From NCBI GenBank assembly GCA_010093815.1, contig ML996603.1: 45,898 nt of DNA. One strand, given 5' to 3'. How positions within the stretch are numbered: position 1 is the stretch's first letter; each line of letters opens with the position of its first letter. This DNA comes from Pseudovirgaria hyperparasitica (lineage: Eukaryota). This document shows positions 37,923 through 45,898 of the stretch, one piece after another. The position numbers and the translations under genes were made by a program. Under the pieces are notes generated by a model. It did not search any database. It worked only from the letters and a program-made list of their open reading frames with translations, and was not told the DNA's origin.

Positions 37923-39101
37923 ATGACGGACTTATGTAGGCCAATGGAGACGAACACGCAACCATGCTCGCAACAGAGCGCTTCATGCTGGAGTCACGAC
38001 CACTGGTATGGATACCATATATCTCCAGCGTATGGCTCACGCGAGACTGTCCATTCGACCGCGCCGCAGTCACTCGAAAGAATAGAGTACTCCGCTGCCA
38101 ACCCTTCAAAGCCTCAATATTCTTCATATCTAATAAGGCAGACGCCTGTGGGAGACACGACAAAGGAGAGTCAGTCTTGTAGGATTGCGAAAGATTGCAA
38201 GAACTTTCCGCACAACGCGCAGGCTATCCTTGCTCAACAATTCACGCAGCGGCTCGCAGACCCATATCTTACTAGGCAGGAGAGTGAAGAGCTTGCTGCG
38301 CTCACCGATCTAAGTGTCCGTCAAGTACAAGTATATTTCGCTAATGCTCGTGCGAGGAAGCTCTGTCGAGGACAAGCGAAAGCATCTGCAGGTACCAAGA
38401 GTGTCAAAAAGCTTGGCAAAGATTCCGACTTGTGTTCTCCACATTCGAATCTCGACCCCATCCAGAACTACAGACCACCGAAGAAGCGTAGACTGAAGAA
38501 ATCGCAGCGCATTCAGCCTGATCTTACCGCATCGCTACTCCGGACACCGTCTTCTCCCGATCACATCTTCCAGTGCACTTTCTGTGTGCAGGACTTCAAG
38601 CGCAGGTATGACTGGGAGCGACATGAGCAAACTATACATCTCCGCTTGCAGCAGTGGATCTGCATGCCCGAACAGGCTGTAACATCTTCATCAATCGCGA
38701 AGAAGACTCAGTGTGTATTCGGTGGAATGAACAGCCCCACGTCTTTGCATCTACAGTCACACGACCTGTGTCAATGTATCAAGAAGGAAGAATCAAGACG
38801 TACGTTCACCAGGAAAGACAAATTCATTAAGCATATTGAAAATTGCCATAAGATTTTCAATCCGAACGAGGATATCTTGTCGCGATTTTCAAAGCCCCAG
38901 ATCGAACCCAGTTACTGGTGCGGTATTTGTGGTTATCTTCTGAACTCATGGAAGCACCGTGTTACGCATATCTCGGAGCACTTCAAGCGAGGCGAAGACA
39001 TGCGTTTTTGGATGGCTGTCCCAGGTGCTGTGCAGTATGTTAGTGGCACGCAAAGGCTCAATCATTCCTTCATCGTATATGGAGCGAATCCACTGACATA
39101 G
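37923..39101 (+). CDS. TALE/KN-type homeobox plus C2H2 zinc-finger transcription factor (392 aa, intronless)
   Basis: DPYLTRQESEELA..LSVRQVQVYFANARARK; FQCTFCVQDFKRRYDWERHEQTIH; WICMP; RTFTRKDKFIKHI..CH; CGICG..W..R..HISEHF. Confidence 0.88.
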   Translation: MTDLCRPMETNTQPCSQQSASCWSHDHWYGYHISPAYGSRETVHSTAPQSLERIEYSAANPSKPQYSSYLIRQTPVGDTTKESQSCRIAKDCKNFPHNAQAILAQQFTQRLADPYLTRQESEELAALTDLSVRQVQVYFANARARKLCRGQAKASAGTKSVKKLGKDSDLCSPHSNLDPIQNYRPPKKRRLKKSQRIQPDLTASLLRTPSSPDHIFQCTFCVQDFKRRYDWERHEQTIHLRLQQWICMPEQAVTSSSIAKKTQCVFGGMNSPTSLHLQSHDLCQCIKKEESRRTFTRKDKFIKHIENCHKIFNPNEDILSRFSKPQIEPSYWCGICGYLLNSWKHRVTHISEHFKRGEDMRFWMAVPGAVQYVSGTQRLNHSFIVYGANPLT

Positions 39102-39367
39102 CCGGTAGTACCCTCACGCTCAGCTCTCTCATAGGAAAAGCACAGCGCCGAGGTGAACCAGGCTTCCACTGATTGCTCCAAGCAGCCCCTTGATGTTGAA
39201 TCGGGACATGGGTTGTCAACTGTATGGATTAGGCTAGGCTCTAGGCGGGAGGGATAAAGACCTACAAAGACGTTCGATGCTGTGAATGTCGTATCAATCC
39301 CGATAGTTGCAAAAACCATCGCAAAGAAAGCGTAGTGCCAGTAGCTGGCTCCTGGGGGAGCAAGTAT

Positions 39368-39592
39368 GATGATCGCGAATCATCTGGATTGTATTCCATG
39401 ACCTTACACTTGATCTCAGCTTGCGATGCACCCCGTTGTCGAATGCCTGCCGAGTTTAGCTCCAGTTAAGACTCAATTATTTAGATCGTTCTGTGGATGA
39501 GATAGTTCCAGACACTCACTGGGATTTGATTACGACGTTAGGCTTGGTTAGAATACTATACATTTGGGTTACGAAGCAGAAATCAGCATCGA
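39368..39592. repeat. Dispersed repeat with a diverged direct copy at 42126-42307
   Basis: gatgatcgcgaatcatctggattgtat and tttgggttacgaagcagaaatcagcatcga shared. Confidence 0.85.
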
Positions 39593-39773
39593 GGTCGACG
39601 GGTGCGCAAGACTTCAATCAAGCGGTTTATTGTATTTTTACATATCAAGCCACACAGACAATCGAAACGCCCAAGATTACGTGGAATATAGAACGCGGAA
39701 ATAATGTGTCCGAGAGGTCCCCCAAAAGAAAACGTCATATTTTCGTAGTTCTTACGGCAGCATTCAACCAAGG

Positions 39774-40034
39774 ATGAGAGCACTTGCGTGTACGGCTGCC
39801 CTGGCAATGTCCCTCCTTACGTTGGCAGTCGCAGCAGTGAATCCTACATTATACTCACCGAATTCTAATGCTATGTCTCCGACGCAGACGAGCAATGATG
39901 ACAAACGATCACGTACGTATATACTTAAATGCAGCTTCTATCCAACTACTTACACATATATAGTGCATCGCCTCGGTTTCCACGGATGCCATGGTTACCA
40001 TCACGGGCGTCCACCCCCGGACAGTCATTGCTGA
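39774..40034 (+). CDS. Small secreted prepropeptide (predicted intron 39913-39963; 69 aa if spliced)
   Basis: Signal peptide MRALACTAALAMSLLTLAVAA, pro-region ending DDKR, then SLHRLGFHGCHGYHHGRPPPDSHC; GTACGT..TAG intron of 51 nt. Confidence 0.55.
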   Translation: MRALACTAALAMSLLTLAVAAVNPTLYSPNSNAMSPTQTSNDDKRSRTYILKCSFYPTTYTYIVHRLGFHGCHGYHHGRPPPDSHC

Positions 40035-40419
40035 TTCCATGTTCGGTGCCCTCGCACACTACTTCTAGACTCTCAAATTGATCTTGGAAGGGAGTTAAAC
40101 GATGTTTTCTGTGCGGGGAGGTCCTGGACAGACCTGAGCCGTCTTTGCTTTGTGTAATGTAATGATAGTTAAGATAGGAGGCTATCACACACAAAAAGAG
40201 ACCAGCTGCATCAAGGCACCGTATATTAGATCCTGGCTGCATAAACATGTGAAATCGCAGGAGATGTCAAGAAACGTGAATTAGAGGCCAGTTTTCTTTT
40301 GTTATGCCCTCTCAACAGATATGGCGATTGTAGATATATACGAATCTTGCATATGTGTTGGTTTTTTAATAATGCAAAAGACAGTGCAAGGAGTGCGAAG
40401 TGTGTTCACAGAGCACTTT

Positions 40420-40690
40420 AGTCTACCTCGCGGTATATTTGAACCGGGCTGTCAGTTCTAGTAGTAGAATTGAAGTTGAGTGAAGTTTAGTAGATAGTCT
40501 GTCTAGAGTGAAGAAATAGCGTAAAAATACGGTAAATTTAAGTCTATATAGAAGATTTTCGTACGCCTAGACGACTTTTATATACCTAGATATATACTTA
40601 AGAGTACTAAGTCGTCTAAAACGTCTATTCGTTAAGTAACTATTAATACTCGATGGAAGTTTTGGCCCGAAAAACCAGTTCTAGGCTCTA
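40420..40690. mobile_element. RIP'd AT-rich relic
   Basis: TpA-rich, CpA-poor tract. Confidence 0.45.
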
Positions 40691-40807
40691 GCGTAGGTCA
40701 TCGCAGAGGCGGGTCAGAATCTTAGTAGGATAAAGCTCAGGATTCGACTTTTTGGAATATCCTTGGACAGGAACTCTTTCGGCCAGAGCACTGCATTGTT
40801 TCAGCAC

Positions 40808-41404
40808 TCACTTTACCTCTGCTTTCTCTCCACAATACCACGTACTTAACCCATACGGCGCCATATTCACGGGTTTTGAAGGGTCGAGATTGTCAATAGA
40901 GCTTGAGCTGACTTGTACCGTACATAATCGGGAAGTACTAGTTATATTGATAGGACCTGACTTCTTTTCCAAGTCAAATGCTCGAGCATCCAGCCGAGTA
41001 GAACAGAGCTGGAGCTGATCTATCCAATACTCTTCCTGGGTAATACGAAGCTCGAGCAATGCTACCTGCTCAGGGAGTCCATGATATGGGTCTATCTGGA
41101 CGACCCGAGGCTCACATTCTCTCCAAGAGATATCTTCTGACGTGGTGTTCCATGTTGCGGTCGTCTCCTGCAGCGACTCCCAGTTTTCTTGTTGGAACTC
41201 GATTGGCCACGGAGATTGACATTGTCCCCTCAGAAGATCCAAGTCCGGCTCGAAGGAGTATTCATTGACGTCAGCGAACAAGTCGGAGGAGTTGCAGAAT
41301 GCCTGGATCGTGTGAGTAATCCAAGGCAGACGTCGGAGATGGGGGCAAGTCCACTTCTGAAATGCTTCGCTAGAAAGAGCAGGTGCAAGCCAATGTAGTT
41401 TCAT
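40808..41404 (-). CDS. Hypothetical protein, 198 aa
   Basis: ATG-initiated open ORF; N-terminus duplicated at 26890. Confidence 0.4.
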   Translation of the reverse strand: MKLHWLAPALSSEAFQKWTCPHLRRLPWITHTIQAFCNSSDLFADVNEYSFEPDLDLLRGQCQSPWPIEFQQENWESLQETTATWNTTSEDISWRECEPRVVQIDPYHGLPEQVALLELRITQEEYWIDQLQLCSTRLDARAFDLEKKSGPINITSTSRLCTVQVSSSSIDNLDPSKPVNMAPYGLSTWYCGEKAEVK

Positions 41405-43050
41405 GATCAGCTAGCAACTAGTCACCAGGAAAGAATCTCTCACGGCTCGGCTTCACTCGTAACGATACTAGCGCTCAATAGTGTAGTGGCTCAATAAAGT
41501 CTGACGGCGCAGTAAAGTATGACGGCTCAGTAAAGTGTTGCTTCAAGAATTCGTGCCTCTGTAGTCATGTTGTCTAGAAGATGGCGATAAGCTCCTAGGT
41601 GGTACAAGAGTTTCTCAAAGATTCATATGCATGATGCACTGTACTTTCTTACTAGCGGACGCTGTGATTGATGGAGAACAAGCACTGTATTGTTTACTGA
41701 GTCCTCCGCGACAGTCGAAAGGCTCACTGCTAATCAGCTTAGTAGATCTTGTTACAGGGCCGTAAAGTACGAAGACTCGCCTAGAAGTCGGTCCACTGGT
41801 TGCCTGCTTACTGAGCCTCAAACGTCGATATCCCAGAGAGGCGTCCTGCGCGCCCTGTAGCTCTCATCACTGCAGGAACCAAGAGAGGGCGTGTGGCATC
41901 AGGCATGATCCATCGATACTTCCCACTGTGTGCATGCCCATTTCTCCATCGAAGGATCACAGAATTCGCTACGAGTCGTCCACGGTAGATGGCAAAACTC
42001 TCGGAGATGGCGTCAATGTTGAGTAGTTATTAGCTTGCTACGTCTTCCTACAGCTGTCCTACGTCACGACAATTAGCTACTTATTATTGACAGCGTGGGC
42101 TCGGAAGTTCTTGGTTTTCGCCTACGATGATCGCGAATCATCTGGATTGTATGCCATGACCTTACCAGGTTTAGCCCCAGTTGAAGCTCAACTATCTAGA
42201 TCATTCTGTGGATGAGATGATGTCAGACATTCACTGAGATCTGATCACGATGTTATGCTTGGTAAGAATACTATAAATTTGGGTTACGAAGCAGAAATCA
42301 GCATCGATTGTAGCAATCAACTATGCCGAAGCCATCAACCCTAAGTGAACCACTTCGCCCAGCAGCTCTTCATATAGCTCAAGGGGAGGTCCGGTGATAG
42401 TAGATGGGGTTAGGGACAAATACCACGATCGATGACTGCACCCATAGCCGCTGCCAGGGCAAGGTCGACTCTTACTTGCTCTAGTGATGACCTGACGAGC
42501 CTCTAAACTCGAACGAAGGGCAGTAAGCATCTGGGAAGAGCTATCCATGGCCTACACACGGAGTAGCCGCGTCCAAGCCCTCAACGGTCGTCGTGCCGTC
42601 AAAAGAGACTACTCGCCACGGATCAGTTGTGCAAAGAGGGGCCGGCAAGAGCCCACAAATTACAGGTGATTGAACATCCGCTTGTTAATTAGGGACGAGC
42701 GGATTATTAGTCAAGAGACACAGAAGACACAGAAGACACTAACCAAGATACTATCGAGAATTCATCCATCGGGAAAGATGATGCTTATATAGTCATGATA
42801 CGATCGAATGTAACCTTGATAAAGGGGCGCCATTCGTGTATGAAGGTCTTTGATGCTGAGAGATCCTCAGTTTCGCTCTCTTTACCGATGACTCTAAGCT
42901 TGGTAGTGAAAGTAGCGTAAATAAAGATCGCCCAATCCTTCACAGCTCTGCTACTCTCTCGAAAAATTTCCCGACTGGATCATGGTAGTAATCAATGTAT
43001 TTATCATGACAAAGTAGTGCGGGCATAATATAAATCGAGTTGATGAGATT

Positions 43051-43280
43051 GTGGAGCTGCTGCTCGATAGTGGTGCTGATGTCAACGCGCAAGGTGGACG
43101 CTACGGCAACGCACTTCAAGCGGCTTCATGTAGAGGCCACGAGCATACTGTGAAGCTGCTGCTGAACAAGGGCGCTGTTGTTCACGACAGTGCACTCCAG
43201 GCAGCTGCAGATGGAGGCCACCAGCAGACTGTGAAGCTGCTGCTCGACAAGGGCGCCAATGTCAACGCGCAAGGTGGATT
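43051..43280 (+). pseudogene. Isolated ankyrin-repeat fragment of the NACHT-ANK NLR type
   Basis: VELLLDSGADVNAQGGRYGNALQAAS..GH..TVKLLL.KGA repeated; no start codon or upstream domain. Confidence 0.88.
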
Positions 43281-43639
43281 AAGGGCCTTGCGTGAAGGGT
43301 GAACATAGAATAGGAACTAGTACACATCAAATCAGATCTAACCCGGCTAGAAGGCTAGATCTGGGGAGCGAATTGGAAACCAAGCCGACCTTCCAGTCAA
43401 CAGGGGTCTGCAAATTTAAGGGATTTTGGATCGTTTTTTGACCTTTCTAACCTCCAATACCCCCATATTCAACCGACTATTTGAAATCTCATCTCACCTC
43501 CAGGTTAAAACCCGAGTGGAGGACTGTGGCTTCGGGATGGATGAACTTACTAATTTTAGGTATGGTTGGAGTTCAAAATTGACATTTTTTGAGCAGCAAG
43601 TATTTTTCGCCCAGGAGGAGGTGAGTACGATTACTTGGC

Positions 43640-44120
43640 ACTCTGCGACGTAGAGTCAGACGATAGAACCGCTGGAAAAGGCGGACGAGTCGAGGACGTA
43701 TATAAATGAAGCACAAAGAACACATGATGAGATTCACGATACCAAACTCTTTCCAATATCTAGACTTATCCAGGCGGGACTGTCTACCAGTAGCTCTACA
43801 AACCATGCTGCCAGAATCAGAGGTGACAGACATGGTAAGAACACTATGGAACTGATAACAGTGCAGCTCCATAATGCATTCATTTGTATCGATCGCGATA
43901 TTCAAGAGAGATGTCTTCCGGTTCGTACAACTGAGGGGATAGGGACCTCTTGACCGAATGACTTAATCATGTCGTCCAATCTCTTTGACGGCCTCAATGA
44001 AATGAATGGTTGGAACCCTGGCAGATTACCGAGCCATATATCGCCTAGAACACTGCTGGGTCCATTGATAATTATGTCTTGAATATAGCTCTTCTCGAAC
44101 TGAATCGCCCCTTCGATATG
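43640..44120 (-). pseudogene. Frameshifted hypothetical gene
   Basis: Open frame HIEGAIQFEKSYIQDIII..RTGRHLS abuts ORF 43573-43905 in another frame. Confidence 0.25.
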
Positions 44121-44634
44121 TTAGTTGATAAAGGTTCCGCTACGGCTATGGACTGGGCTGGCGAGAGGCTGGGTTTCCGGGACTTCTAGACTGAAGTGAT
44201 GATATATGGGGGGTTCCAATTTTGGCCTTAAGTTGGGTAGTATTCAATTATATATTGGGTGTTATTACGCGACTGTAAGACTGCCAACTTTGATAAACGG
44301 TGGCAAGATGGCCATGGACATGATGGGAGAGAGAGAAGCGAAGTTTGATTGACTATGGGCTTTGCGAACCTGCTGCTATGGAACCGTGGGCCCCATTGTA
44401 TAGCGCAGGACATTACCAACGAAGTTCTCCAGACAGAATTTCCACGAGAGCAGTGAATGTGATTTTCAGCTGTTCCTCGTCCGTATTAATCGTGCGATCT
44501 GGTCGGTTCTCTAGTAGTAAAGATTCAAAGTCTTATACACGGTGCTTCGGATCTTTCCGACTCTGAGTTTTAGGATGAGAGTGAAGTAGACGCAGCCTCT
44601 AGTCCAGCCGTGGCAGCAGCGTTTAGTTAGAACA

Positions 44635-44760
44635 CTAGCTGGTTGGCTCGCTATGCAATCTCATCATGCCCCAACGTCCAATGCATTGCTTCAGCAGAGC
44701 GCCACGGAACACCCATCTCCGGTGCAATCTTCTGCCACATTTCTTCTTTGAAGCTAAGAT
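44635..44760 (-). pseudogene. Fragment of a fungal Myb-like DNA-binding protein (C-terminal conserved repeat)
   Basis: FKEEMWQKIAPEMGVPWRSAEAMHWTLGHDEIA*RA matches the MW.K.A.EM..PWR.AEAMHW.LG motif; TAG probably from CAG; upstream Myb core missing. Confidence 0.75.
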
Positions 44761-45407
44761 TGTTCTGCGGCGATTCATCGACTAGTGGCGTTTGTGATGC
44801 TGTGCGCTTGATGTAGAGGCTTCGTAGAGGTGGAGAAGGCAATCCAGAGTGACCTGAGTTGTAGTGAGGCGGTCCGTTATGATGGGCACCGAAAGATAGG
44901 GGTTGAAAGGCGTTGTTATGGTGAAGCTTTTTAGGTTGTTGCAGAGGCTGAATAGATAGAGAATGTGGAAAAGGTTGCAGATTTGATATATGCAGGAACT
45001 GGTACGTAGGAGATTGATGAGCAGAGGTCGCAGTTGGCGAAACTACGGATAGAGAGTTGGTGTCGCATATGCCCAGGCAGGCGTGCAGTGCGGAGTTGAA
45101 GTCGACGTCGAAGTCAGCTCAAGTCTGCTTACGCGGGCCGCGGAGCTCGTCGAAGAGGTGGTATGCTTATTGGCAGCAGTCTAAGACGCAGAGTCTCGCG
45201 ACTCGAGAAGGAGTGAGATATGTCTCTAAAAGTCTCAGGCGCGGGTGAAAGGAGTCGCAGTGTAGCAGTGTTCAACGAGGGTTTCTCAAGCGTCCAGCTG
45301 TATTATATGTACTATACGAGTCGGCTATTATACTTTATATCTAAGCCGTCTTACTAAGTAATATAGAATAAACTTAAAGCACGTGTATATCCGTAGCCTA
45401 TAAGGTT

Positions 45408-45554
45408 AAAAACAGTCAAAAACAGTCAAAAACACTTGTAATCAGTGTTGTTTTGAGCCTGCAAGGTCAAAATCAGTCAAAAACACGTGTAATCAGTGTT
45501 GTTTTGAAGCTTGCGAGGTCAAAATCAGTCAAAATCAATCAAAAACACGTGTAA
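45408..45554. repeat. About 50-bp imperfect tandem repeat containing 10-bp CAGTCAAAAA subunits
   Basis: cagtcaaaaacac(t/g)tgtaatcagtgttgttttga twice plus a partial third copy. Confidence 0.85.
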
Positions 45555-45707
45555 CGCAAAAGAAAGCATGTCGACTTAGCTAGATGAAATGCCAAATCTA
45601 GCCCCTGTATATTCATATATGTGCTGCTTCGGAGGCGCGGTTATGCTCCCTCCGACTATCAAAGCTATATACTGCTCTTGGCAACAAGGTGTTGCCAAGA
45701 GCGGCTA

Positions 45708-45898
45708 CTTTCGCAAGGTCGCCTTACGGCGCTGCAGTACCGACTCGAATCACACCGAGAGTTTCAAAGTGTGGTCACGGTGGCGCTGTGGATATGCCGG
45801 TCACAGCGCAAGCCATGTAGCTCAATGCATGAGTAGGAGTGTAGGTGACCATGCTAGGAACTTGCAAGCCGCCATCCTCATTGAGCTCTTCATTACTT
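45708..45898 (-). repeat. Mosaic of inverted copies of 13858-14117 (with deletions) and 27490-27557
   Basis: gcgctgtggatatgccggtcacagcgcaagccatgtagctcaatgcatgagt and ggtgaccatgctaggaacttgcaag..ccatcctcattgagctcttcattactt match the reverse complements. Confidence 0.9.

Noticed and set aside
1..45898. DUF3435 captain, DUF3723, patatin or Spok genes
   Set aside because: No recognisable motifs in the ORF track or the frames I read; badly degraded copies cannot be excluded

Overview
Fungal (filamentous ascomycete) genomic DNA, not prokaryotic: it has GT..AG introns with CTAAC/CTGAC branch sites and AT-rich RIP-mutated transposon relics. It reads as a decaying accessory region. The gene mix (a short ferric-reductase/NOX-like gene, NLR pieces, three Myb/SANT-like ORFs, a homeobox-C2H2 TF, a GH18 chitinase, a kinase-like gene, a pac2 copy) resembles Starship giant-transposon cargo, but no DUF3435 captain or element boundary is visible, so that assignment is inference. 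Apparently intact genes are the 5-exon FRE-like gene, a 552-aa predicted lipid-anchored protein, the homeobox-C2H2 TF, a Myb-like ORF and a small secreted prepropeptide. Many other genes carry stops or deletions. The most unusual signals are: (1) about 13 short dispersed duplications that shuffle gene fragments within the window; (2) a ~33-bp palindrome, CCGCTCTTGGCAACA-N3-TGTTGCCAAGAGCGG, found four times, each time at the edge of a duplicated block; (3) a 201-bp near-perfect inverted repeat enclosing two Myb/SANT-like ORFs and a CTGAGCCAT array; (4) a predicted Kex2-processed His-rich peptide. All calls were made by eye, without database searches.
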